Positions 12,734 to 25,500 of a stretch of DNA of 64,000 nt are shown here, in pieces; the first letter of the stretch is position 1, and the number at the start of each line of letters is the position of its first letter. This DNA is from Lama glama (lineage: Eukaryota): positions 30,380,001-30,444,000 of the forward strand of contig CM052837.1 in assembly GCA_028534125.1 (NCBI GenBank). The letters are read 5' to 3'. Position numbers and translations under genes: made by a program. The notes under the pieces are model-generated. The model saw nothing but the letters and a program-made list of their open reading frames with translations, did not search any database and was not told the origin of the DNA.

Positions 12734-13659
12734 AATTCCTTTAAAATAATAACCCCATTCCATATTAATAAATATTTTTTATGAAATATGAATATTTCCC
12801 AAAATTAAAAAAATTTAGTGAGAAGAGTAGCACTCAATCTTTTATATTTTTTGAAAATCTCTTCAGTGTCTGGCTTTAATAGAAGACAGCAGGATTCTTA
12901 TATCTGCTTTTGCATGATTTGTGCAAATGTCCACACAATGAAAATAGGCAAGGAACTTTTTAGCGTTATCATGAAAATTGTTTTGACTTCACAGCCTCCT
13001 GACTCAGAGGGTCTCAGAGACCACAGGATTCCATGGACTATACTCTGAGGACCAGCTGGTTTGTATCAATCAGAGCAATTCTGTCACCTTTGAACAGTAA
13101 TACTGTGGAAGAGGTCATGTGACCCAGTTTGGTCAATAAGATAGACCCTCTGGAAAATATTTCCCTCCCTGACAAAAAGAAGGAGCCACAAGAGAAAAAA
13201 GCACTGTTGCCCCTACTCCTGTCTCCCTTTGCTGTGTGAGAATATGATACTGGTTGTGATGGCAGCCATTTTGGGACCATGTGGTAAGAATTTTCTCAGA
13301 AAAATGCTGAGAAAGGAGAAAGGAAAATCCTATGTCCTCGATGGCATCACTGAATCGTTATGTCAAATTGGAGATGCAAGATTTTTGCTTTCTGAGATAA
13401 TTAAATGTCTTTGTCTAAACCACACTGAGTGACCTTTGGATATAGAAGCATCCTACATGATACAACTCGTTACAGAAATACCAGAGACTAGCAGTAGATT
13501 TTAGAAGGTACAGGGTTGGAAACTTAATTTATGATTTTTACCAAATTAAAGTAACTTACTGCTTGAAAAAATGCTTTACCAAATGCCAACCTAGGAATGC
13601 ATGTAAATTCTTCACTCATTCGGTCAAGAAATATTTACTGAGCCCTGAATGAGCTAGCA

Positions 13660-14112
13660 TTAAGTCTCGCTGACAGAAAATCCAAAGTAACAGTGGTTTA
13701 AACTAAGAGACAAGTTTGCTGGTCTAAAGTGCACATAGGCAATAGAGTCCCAGCATGGCAGTTCCACAATCATCAGGAACTGAGGCTCTTTCCATCTTGC
13801 CATTCTGCTACCTGTTCTCAAACTGTGGTTCCCACTGTCCACTATGGGAGCATGAGCTCCAGGTACCATGTCAATATTTACCTAGGGGCAAAGAGACCAT
13901 GCTCCTTCCCTAAGGCCACTACTGGGAAGTGCCATGTGATGCTTTCTCATGTCTCATTAGCTGAGCATAGTCACATGACCACACCTAGCTGCAAGGGAGG
14001 CTGGGAAATGTAGTCTTTATTCTGGACATCAATGTGTCCTGCAATCAATCAGGGTTTCTGTTTTTATAGAAGACAAGAGTGGCTAACTGGGGACAAGAGC
14101 AGTCTCTGCCAC
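13660..14112. mobile_element. Old MLT1 (K/L-like) LTR
   Basis: tagtcacatgaccacacctagctgcaagggaggctgggaaatgtagtcttt. Confidence 0.65.
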
Positions 14113-14529
14113 ATGTACCTACCACATGCCATTTGTGAAACACTGTGTACAGTTTATTAAGGCATCAGCTTGTACTAGGAAACAGTACACTATCCTTCAC
14201 TTAAATATTCATTTACTCAACAACTATTGTTTGAGGGCCTTTGTATAAGCTCTGAACTATAAGACACTGGTGATAGGAAAACAAAGCAGAAGAAATTGTT
14301 ACCCAACAAGAAATAGCCTGGTTGGGGAGAGGAATTACGTTCAAGAAGTAAATAAAAAGCCATCATGAATATTTTCTTCATGAGGGAATAATTAAGGGCA
14401 TGTGCAAAATTCTAGCTATACAGAAGCTCACTGTCCTTTTCTATAAACCCATGGAAGATGGAAAGCAACCAAATATCCAGCTATTGTTAAAATCAGTCGT
14501 GGCTCATAATTAACACCAATGCTGTAAAG

Positions 14530-14770
14530 CAATAATGACAGTGAGCTTTTGATTACCACTCACTTTACGCCAGATACTGCACCAGCTCTTTATCTGTGTT
14601 AACGAAGGTAAATCCTTAACTAAGGCAACTGAGTTCTATGAGATAGATCATTATTATTCCCCCACTTTACAAATGAGGAAACTGAGGCACAGAAAAATAA
14701 CTTGCTCCAGGTCACATAGCACAGTGGGAGTGCTGGGATTTAAACACACAATCCAAGCTCTTCATCACTA
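14530..14770 (-). mobile_element. MIR
   Basis: cccactttacaaatgaggaaactgaggcacaga...aggtcacatagc. Confidence 0.8.
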
Positions 14771-14789
14771 TTAGTTCGTGCACTGATAA

Positions 14790-15370
14790 AAAAATTTTTT
14801 TGAGCTCTTATTATGTATAGCAGTGTGTTCTAGATGCCTGAGATACCTCCTTGTGAAATTTATATCCTAACTGGGGGCAGGGGTTCAGACAATGAATAAT
14901 AGATATGACAATCAATTAGATCATAAAATGTCGGGGGGTTATATATGCTGTGGAAAAAACGAGCAGTATAAGGAGGACCCAGAGGAACTGTCATTGAGGA
15001 AGCAACACTTGAGCAAAGATTTGAAGGAGGTCCATAAGGATGGATGCCTGAGCAAGGCTGAGGGAGTGGCCAGTGCGGTCTCCCGGGCACGAGCACATCT
15101 GGAATGTTGGAGGAAGCAAGGAGGCCAGCGTGGCTGATGCAGAGTGGGTGAGAGGGAGAGTGGGAAAGATGGCCAGATTGTAAGGACAGTTGGGGGTGGG
15201 GGACTGGTCATCAGGGCTTCCCAGTTTAATGTGAAAACTTTGATGCCTTGGGGAGTGGCTTGGGGATTTGGTGGAGGGCTGCCACCAAATCCCTCTGGCT
15301 GCAGTGTGAAAACTACACCACAGAGGGCAAGCGTGGCCCCCGGGAGACCAGAGATATTGAACACATAGGA
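14790..15370 (-). mobile_element. L2 fragment
   Basis: ttgagcaaagatttgaagga...ggaatgttggaggaagcaaggaggccagcgtggctg...ccctctggctgcagtgtga. Confidence 0.72.
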
Positions 15371-18206
15371 AGACCTTCACATTAGAGTAAGAATTTTCTT
15401 AAAGAGCTACACAACTGTATGTACAGACATGGTACTACAGTCACGTGAGTGTGACCTCTGGGAAGTGGGTGAAAGGCACACGGGGGCCTCTCTGGGCTCT
15501 TTGTCATGTCCTGTGAGTCTATAATTATTTCTTAAAAAAAAGTATGAATAGAAAAAGCGCATTTTATTTAAAAAATGTCTATGTAAAGAAATAACACTGA
15601 AATCTTAATCTTAAAAATTAAATATCTTTTTTTTCTTGTGTGTATATTTTATAGGTTTTTTTTGTTTGTTTTTCAATGTTCACTTACTACTTTTGTAATT
15701 TAAAGAAAAAACTTTTATAAAACCATCTAGACTCATCTGAACCTGAGGGATCAGACAGTAAGGAAAGGAAGTGTGAGGGTGGTTCAGGAAAACAATTCTT
15801 CCTACAAAAGCTGACCCGGGGCCAAGAGTAAGTGCTTTGACAGATTTGGAGACTGACCTGACCCAACGATGGCACATTTGAACATCATCCGATTTATGGC
15901 CACGGCTTTAACACACTGCGTCCAGCCCCCAGTCATCACATGTCATGCTGGCTTTGGAGGAGGCCGTCACCCCCCTGGTGGTTCCATTTGTCACCAGAAA
16001 CTGACATGTTTGGATAACACACCAGCTCTCACCACGTTGTCCAGTGCTCCTGGGAGCTCTGTCCAGTCCCCCCACCCCGACATCTCTGTAATGACCTGTC
16101 CCTGAGTCTGAGTCTCCCTCCAGCACGTGAGCCACTTGAGGGCAGGAAGGAGGCTTTGCTGGGCCCACAGTGGGCACTGTGATGCCATCTGTCAGGAGAA
16201 TGTCTTCCACCTTTGCCTGAACAGAAAGTGGCAACTCACTTCTGTTGATTCTGCTTGGTCCCTTAAAGAAGGAATGGCTTTTCAACAATTCCCCTCGAGG
16301 GAATAAACAGCATACAAGCTAGCCAGATATGAGAGTGAGTGCTGCAGTGTCCCGAACAGGTGTCCCTCTGAAGCCCAGATGAAGCCTCAATGTGTTTTTC
16401 AAAAAAAACAAAGCTCTCGGTATATTATTTTTTCCTCTCTCTCCCTCCATCTCTTCTTTTTTTATCTAACAAATATATATGGATCATCTCCTGTGTTTGA
16501 GAACACACGCCAAGCAGCGCAGTGCAGTGAAGAATAAAAAAGACAGGGTCCTTGCTCTTAGGAAGCCTGCAGGGTAGGGGACAATCAGACATTAAACAAA
16601 GGTGCAGATGAAACAATTTAACTGCCGTGGCGATGAGTGCCAGGACAGAGATGTTCTCAGCACAGCAAGAGGGCACCAGCGTGGCCCTGACTTAGAGGTG
16701 AAGAGGATGGAGTGCGCAGTGAAGGCTTCCCAGAAGAACTGACTTTTTGTTTTCTTGATAAAAATGTTCATACTTATTTCTGTATGTAAGTGCCTTGAGA
16801 TGCTAGGCTAGAAGACATCTGAAAGAAGCCTGACAATTATTCCAACCAATCTGACAGCCAGTAGAGTTGCTTATGGGCAACATGCTTTACAAAGTGATGT
16901 AATCACGCCCTCATCCTTTAGCCAGCAGATATCCATCTGTCAGTGGATGTCCATTTAGGACCAAAGCTGTTCCAGTCCCCTTCCACAGATCTCCAGGGTT
17001 AACAGGATGCCGGTGTGAGGGGTGGGCTGGGGGAGGGTGTCAGAAAATGGATTTGCAGAGATGAGCTGGGTCCCGGTCATTGGACTTTATTCAAGAGACA
17101 TGGTTAGGGTTTCATTCTATGTTTTGTTTGTTTGTTTGCTTTTGTTTTTTTAAATTTCTGTTGTGATGAGAATCCTTAGAGGCTTATATTCAGCAAAGGT
17201 ACATGCTCTGATTTCACTTTAAAAACTCGCTCTGGCTGTCAGGTGAAGAATAGAGCATGGGAGTCAAGAATGGAAGCAGAGAGCAGTGAGGGGGCTACTG
17301 ATGTCCCACATGGTACCCTAACACGAGATGGGGAGGACTGAGAGGAACAGGTGGGGCTGGGGTGAGGGAGGCCATATGGAAACCAACAGGACCATTTTCT
17401 TTCACTTATTTCTTTTATATTTTGTTTGTTCTCATCCAGAACCGTAATCTCTCTGAGCATCGACTTCCTCAATGGCCAAAGGGAGAGAAGCAAGCCTGTC
17501 TCACAGGGATTCTGTGCCCTCTGGGATCTTTTCAGCTGCAAGTAACCGTGGCTTAAATACTAACAGGACTTTATGATTTCACATAAATTGCCTTGGAGGT
17601 AGGTAGCTTCACGTGGGTTTACTGGCTCAGAAAAGTCACCAGGATTCAAGGTTTCTCCATCCTTTTGCTTTCTCTCCTCTTGCATTGGTTTTCAATCTTC
17701 AGACTTGTTGTCACATGGCTGCTACCCATCATATCCTCACACGGTTCCAAGCAAAGATCGGAACATACAAAGTAGTCAGAGAGTCTCTCTTCCAGTAATG
17801 AATCTCCCTGGCCAGAGATTGGATCCAAGGTGAGCCCATGACCCATCCCAGGCCATTCAGAAAAAGCAAAATGGAATTCTTGTTCAGAACTCTGGATGTA
17901 ACCCTAAGGAATGATACACTCTCTTGGTGTTGGACTGGAAGCTGGAAGGACTGGAGCTCTTGAGGATCCCACACATACAGGCTGCCTAACAGGAAAGCAA
18001 GGCTTGTGGCACAGCATCTGAACACCTGGATGCAGCCACGCCTGAAGCCAGACCAGGCACCAATTGCCTTTTCAGTTATGTAATCCAGTATATTTCCTGT
18101 TTTGCTTAAGCCTATGTGAGCTGGGTTTCTGTCACAGTTGAAGGATGCTTTGTAGCTTGCAGTAAGAGTTTTTCCTTCAATTCTAGGGTCTCTAGAGATA
18201 AACAAA

Positions 18207-19057
<851 letters not shown>

Positions 19058-19221
19058 NNNNNNNNNNNNNNNNNNNNNNNNNNNNNNNNNNNNNNNNNNN
19101 NNNNNNNNNNNNNNNNNNNNNNNNNNNNNNNNNNNNNNNNNNNNNNNNNNNNNNNNNNNNNNNNNNNNNNNNNNNNNNNNNNNNNNNNNNNNNNNNNNNN
19201 NNNNNNNNNNNNNNNNNNNNN
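19058..19221. other. Assembly gap
   Basis: Run of N. Confidence 1.
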
Positions 19222-19779
19222 ACTTATCTTAGTAAATCCAAAGACTTCTATAAAAATTAGTTTAAAATAATTTTTAGAAAAATTCTAGAGCAGCTTTTTA
19301 ATCCAATGCAGAATGCAGAGGAGTCTTTCTTAATTCAGATGGTGTGGGCAGTATTCAGGTAGCCGTTACATTATGCTTTTGAATTTACAAATAGCCATCG
19401 TGGTATTATTGTTACAGAGAAGGAGATGGCAATAAGAAGGTCAATGGTTAAAAACATTCAGTGCAGCCATACACTGAAATACTATGAAGCTATTTTATAA
19501 AATGTGGTAGGGAGCTTCCTCTAGTATTGATGACATGGGTCATTTTCCAAGAAGCAAGAAAAAGCAAATACAGATTCAGGTGTCTAATATCCTGCATTTG
19601 TAGCAACAAATTAAAAAAGACAGGATAAAAACATTTGCTTGTGAATGCATAAAAAACCTCCAAAAAGAGAAATAGGAGACTAACATGGAGGCTGCCTCGG
19701 GGATGGGAAATGGTGGTTGCAGAACAAGAGAAGCAAGTGTGTTTTTTTCCCCCCTCTCTGGTCTGGGTTAATACAGGGA

Positions 19780-20164
19780 TTTTTATTTTTTTAACTGAAG
19801 TACAGTCAGTTTACAATGTGTCAGTTTCTGGTACATAGCATAATGCGTTAGTTATACATATGTGTACATATGTTTGTTTTCATATTCTTTTTCATTCTAG
19901 GTTACTACAAGATATTGAATATAGTTCTCTGTGCTATACAGTAGAAACTTGCTGTTTATCTATTTTATATATTGCAGTTAGCAAATCTTGAACTCCCAAT
20001 TTATCCCTTCCCACTCCCATCCCCCCATAACTGTAAGATTATTTACTATGTCTGGGAGTTTGTTTCTGTTTTGTAGATAAGTTCATTTGTGTAGGCTTTT
20101 TTTTTTTTTTTTAGGATTCCACATATGAGCGATATTGTATGGTATTTCTTTCTCTTTCTGGCTT
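19780..20164 (-). mobile_element. 5'-truncated L1 3' end (cetartiodactyl type)
   Basis: T tract, then aactgaagtacagtcagtttacaatgtg...tgtgctatacagtag...gattccacatatgagcgata. TSD agagaagcaa(g/a)tgt. Confidence 0.85.
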
Positions 20165-21449
20165 AGAGAAGCAAATGTTTTTATTGCACATCCCTTTTTA
20201 CCTTCTGAATATTGAATCCCATGAATGGATTATCTCTTTGAAATAAATAAGTCACATGCATGCAAATAACAAAAAAAGATAAGCAAAAATTGCAAACATC
20301 AAAATAACACAGGATCATCTAAGGTTTGCTGACCCAACAAAATTAAGAAAGAATTGGCATGGAATTTTGCTAAGACTTCCTAGCAGAATCTACTTAAAGG
20401 AACAGAATGTCTTCCACGGATTTCACGTTGACCCTGATGGTCCAGAATCAAATTCTGAGCCCTGCTCTGTGTTTTCCCCCTTGGGTATAAACGATGGACG
20501 CATCACATCTCTGCCACTTTCCCTGAGAACTGGTATTCACAGTGTTGCTATTCACGATGATTCTTTTTTTTAAAAAAAGATTTTTGTGTTGCATATTTGG
20601 TCATTAAGAGTGGGAAAAGTGAATGTTATTTAAAATTAATATGATGACAAGTAAGTCCCCATAAGAAAACACACAAGAAAAGTCTTTAAACTCAACGAAT
20701 AAAAAAAAAAAAAAGAAATAAAAAGAGACTTCTGTCTGGCTCTGTTGAGACTGTAAAAGGCATCTTTTCTTTCTTAGAAATATTAAGCTCCCAACAAGTA
20801 GATTAAAAACTTTGCCCTCCATTAAATCCTAAAACAGTGACAATGAATGATCCACTTCCCCAGTGTCATATTTCCGGAGGGGACAATGATTATGAATGTC
20901 TCTTGGATCTGTACGCTCCATTAAATCCTGTTAGGAAGAATACGTCCAAGCTCCAAGACACAATTAATATCTTACTGCAATGGCATTCTTGAATAGATGA
21001 CTTGGATTTTAATTACACTGAAACAGAAGGTAAGACTTTCTAGGGCTGGGTAAAAACACTCTTCGGAAGTTAATTTGGGGGTCATAAAGATGGGGGATTA
21101 CTTCAGCTAGTCAGTTGTGACAGGTAAATGGTTGTGCTTTAATTTCCCGGAGTTAAGGCTGGAGAAACAGAAGAGGATATTTTAGGAGGAGGGAGAAGAG
21201 TCCAGCTGAGGGAAGGGGAGACCTTTATGAATTTTTCCGTGGTTGAGAATTCATAAATAGTAACAGTATATTTTGTAAGAAGGCTACAACTTCAGGAAAC
21301 ATTTCTACAAATTTGTAAGTAACCCATTGGTGGTGTTTACCCAGTGCATTAATCATTACTATAGGAAATGCAAACACCTCACCAAAAGTTGGAAAGAAAA
21401 ACTGTAATACAGTCACCAAAACTTCAAGTGGCTTGCAATAGTCTTAGTC

Positions 21450-21655
21450 CAGTGATTCTTAAGCAGGGACGATCTTGTCTCCCAGGGAACACTTCACACT
21501 CTCTTGAGATATTTTTGGTTGTCACAACTTGGGGTACCACTGGCATCTAACAGGTCAAGGATGCTGCTAAACGTCCTATAACATACAGAACAGCCCCCCC
21601 CACAACAAATTATGCAGCTCAAAAGACCAACAATGCTAGAGCAGAGAAACCAGGT
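21450..21655. mobile_element. MER20
   Basis: atttttggttgtcacaact...ggcatcta...ggatgctgctaaacgtccta. Confidence 0.78.
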
Positions 21656-22299
21656 CCAGAGCTTTGTTGAGTTCATCTATTGGAGAGTCTCTTCTCTTGC
21701 AACCCAATGTGACATAAATTTAGAATAATTCCCATTTAGAACGGAGCCTAGCCCTTGACATATCATTTTGTTTGGTGGTGGGGGGGGAATTATTCGGATC
21801 GCAGGAGACTCTACCAATAACTACAAAAACAGTGGCAATCAGTTGGGGAACGAGGAGTATGCCAATTTGTTCCCACAATAGAACACCATACACTCCATCA
21901 ATTAAGAAATAGCTAAAAAGGCATGGAAAATAGAAAGAAGATAGTATTTTTTTTTTCCTTTGGCAGGGGGGATGTAGGGAAAATCAGCACACTAGTTGAA
22001 AGAGGAAGTTTGGCCTCCTGGTAATCTCTCTAATTGGAGTAGCAGTCTTTAAAAGTCTTGGATGGAATTCAAGGGGGGTTCTGTGGGCCTCCTTGAAATT
22101 AAACGCAGAATAGTTTGTATGTGCAGAGGACTGCAGCTTTCCTCAGATTCTGTGTGGGATCTATCACCCCCAAATGAGTAAGAACCATGATTGCAAAGGG
22201 TTCCAAATACCACTTGTGGCTAAATACATTTTCCACCCTGTTCTTGAATAAGCCATACTTGTACTTGGTGAAAATAAAGTCAAGCAGATGAAAGGATGT

Positions 22300-22552
22300 T
22301 GAGCACCAAGACGAGGATGAAGAGGTCCCTCACTCATCCTGGGCACAAAATTGAAAGGGGGTGCCAAAAAACTTGGTCATCAAGATAAAAACTCTTTTAA
22401 TGTAATATGCTAAACACAAAATGAATGGAAATGGAAAAATTAATGGAAAGATTCCATGATGAACAAAAAGATCAAAACTTTAAATAAAAGCAAGGACAGT
22501 ATTACTGATTTTTCTTTTTGCCTCAGACTTCAACATGGCTCAGAAGGGCACT
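22300..22552. mobile_element. MER96B-like hAT MITE (related copy at ~46128-46330)
   Basis: aaagggggtgccaaaaact...ccatgatgaacaaaa...gtattactgatttttctttttgcctcag. Confidence 0.55.
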
Positions 22553-25500
22553 GTTACCGACCATGGGTTTTGTAAGTTTCTTGTGTATTCTTCCAAAGAG
22601 ATCCCATGCAACTGCATGCAAGTATGCAGAGAGGTCCTGCTGACCTGTACGCTTTTGGTTACACCATGTGCACCGTTTTATATCTTGATTTCTTCATTTA
22701 CCCTATTTTCAAGACTTTTCCATATCAGAATGGAGAAGAATATATTACATATATATGTTATAAATATATATTTCATGTTATAATTATGCAAGAAAACCCA
22801 CTTACTGTCCTCTCTTTTGAAGTGTCTATCTCACGAACTGCTTTCTATAATTAAAATTATTTCTCTAAAGCCCCATCTTTTCCTTTAAAATCAATTTCTC
22901 TAATACTGGTGGTTGGCCATGCCACAGCATATTAAAAAGAAAAAAATCCCCAGAGAACTATACTTAATTAGCTCTCTATTTTTAAAAAATGCTCGCCTCC
23001 TTCCCTCCTTCCCTCCTTCCCTGAGTCTGGTAACGCATCTAGGGATGGCGGGGTGGACCTGCGAGACTCCCAGGTAAACTGAGCACCCTAAGGGGCACGC
23101 TGGCCTCCTCAGGTTACTAGTCACTGCTAATTAGTTTAGCGACTATAAACCCTTCAAATTCTCGAATTCCGTTTTCAAAGAAACAAGAGGCTTAAGTCGC
23201 CACAGATGTGAATGATGTCACTGCGAGGAACTTCACGAGGTACAGTCGAAAATCATCTGGGGCTGGCAGAACGCAAGCCCGTGGCGTGGCCCTCCGCTAA
23301 TGCGATTTAGCCAACACAAGAACCATCCAGTGTGTCCCTGCGGGAGCTCGGTGGCTCTCATGCCTCGTGCTGTTTCAGTTTGGGCTTAAGAAAAAAGAAA
23401 GTAAAAAATAAAGTTGGAAATACATCTTTTGTTGCAAATGAGACCAGTATGTTACATAGGGTGTTTTCCTTATGCCAGTAAGGGCAGCGATTCAGTAAAC
23501 CTTATTTTACATAATCCCCTTTATATAATGCTTCTCTGGTCACAAATTTGCTATATACAGTAACTCCACAGATATTTATGGAGGGTCCACTTTGTGCCTG
23601 GGATGTTTCCAGGACTGATCATGTAGGATGAAAGCAAACAAACAAAAACAAAGCGTTACAAAGTATGTTCTACAGAAAGAAAAGACGATAAGGGCCCATG
23701 GGTTTCTCCAACTTTTCTCCTTCCCTGCCTGTGCTCACAAATAATATTTTGCAATGATGGGGCTTTCTTGTGTGGATATGTGCATGGTTATATAGATATT
23801 CTCAGTAACATCTGTGAGGGGAATAAAAACCTCCCAAATAAGTGATATTATAAAGATCCCTGTGTATCTTTCATCTCTACAGAGATTAAAATTGCTGACA
23901 CTTCAACTGTATTCTGCATTTAAAAGAATTCTCTGCCTTTGATGGTGGGTCATCGTTGTCACATTTATATGAATAAAAATGACAGCAGTGATAATAATCA
24001 TAGAAACAAAAATGCCCCATTCCTGAGACCCAGCCGCAAGGCACACACACTATGCCGCATGTTTACAGTATAAAGCACTTAGCCTGGCTCTTGAAACCAC
24101 ACAGCAGCCCTGGGAGGCTGGGTGCAATTCTCCAGGTGGAGATGAGCATGGGATGGGGGTGGGGGGCTGGGGCCTGGAGCAAGGACTCAGCAGCTCCCAT
24201 CACAGATCTGCTTGGCTCCCAAGCACCTTCCTGCTCTAATACCATCTAAGCGAACAAAAAGCATCCACAGAAACTGTAAATCGACACGCAGAAAACGGGG
24301 CTGCCATTTGTCAGCGGCTGTATTTTGATGGAGCAAGCGCACTGGAGAAAAGCAAGATTTCCAAGTCTCCAGTTCTGTGATGTCACTAGAGGGTGACAGT
24401 GGGTGAGTCAGGTCCCTGTCCCTCAGTAGGAAATGAGATAAATGTTCAAAACATGGACTCCAAAGGGGTCCTATCCTATGAGGATTAAGCCACACAGTGC
24501 AAGTTAAAAAAAAAAAAGAAAAAAAAAGTAAACTGTAAAGTGCTTTCAAAATTTTAATTACTATATATTATCTTGGGGTTTTTTTGGCAAGATGATCTCA
24601 CTTTATTTTTTATGATGTGCATTCACATAACATGAAATTAACCATTTTAAAGCATATAATTAAGAGGCATTAATTCATTCCTGATGTCATGCAACTACCA
24701 AACTATACCATCTTCATGAACATACACACGTTGCACACGACAATGCTGGGCACCTGACAGGCAGCATTCTTCTTTGACCCTTCAGTGATTTAGTGCCCCT
24801 CAAGGACCCTAGGCTCTTATAAGAGTCTCCCAACCCCTAGGCCTCTAGCTCACACAGGGTTTCCTGCCTCTTCTCAATCCTGTCATTGAATTTCAAAGCC
24901 TTACAATTGCACCTAACAAATTGCTATGGGTATTTATTCATGGTCTTTGTGATATGTGGCCATTTTCCAAAGCAAGTGAATGTCTGGGTCTCTGACTGGC
25001 TACGAAGCCAAAAATAATTCCAGGTAACAAGATAAATTTTTTATTATAACCACACTTGATTTTAAGGAGTACACAAACTGAAAACAACAGCCCCCACCCC
25101 GCCGCCATTTCCTTGTCGGGTCGTTCAGTGGAGGACAGACTCAATGCTTACTGCTGGAAAGTTCTAGAAACATAGAGGGCTCAAAAACATTTAAGACCTT
25201 TGCACAGAAATAGGGAAGCCAGTTCAGAGCCCTTTCCATATCGGATAACTGGAGCTATCATTTCTTTTCCAATGCAAATAAGTTATTTGGGGTCTTATCA
25301 GAAAAAATTAAACTAGGTTATTTGCAGCACAGTGCAGGAGGATTACTTTTAGAAGTGATGCATGTTTGCATGGGGACCAGCCCTGCTTTGATTTCTAGAC
25401 AAGTAGTTTTATAGATTCACACATGAAGAGAGGCCCCGGTGATTTCTCTGAAGCCACAAATAAGCCCTGTGTTTCTATTTCTTCTGCTGAAATGCTCTGG

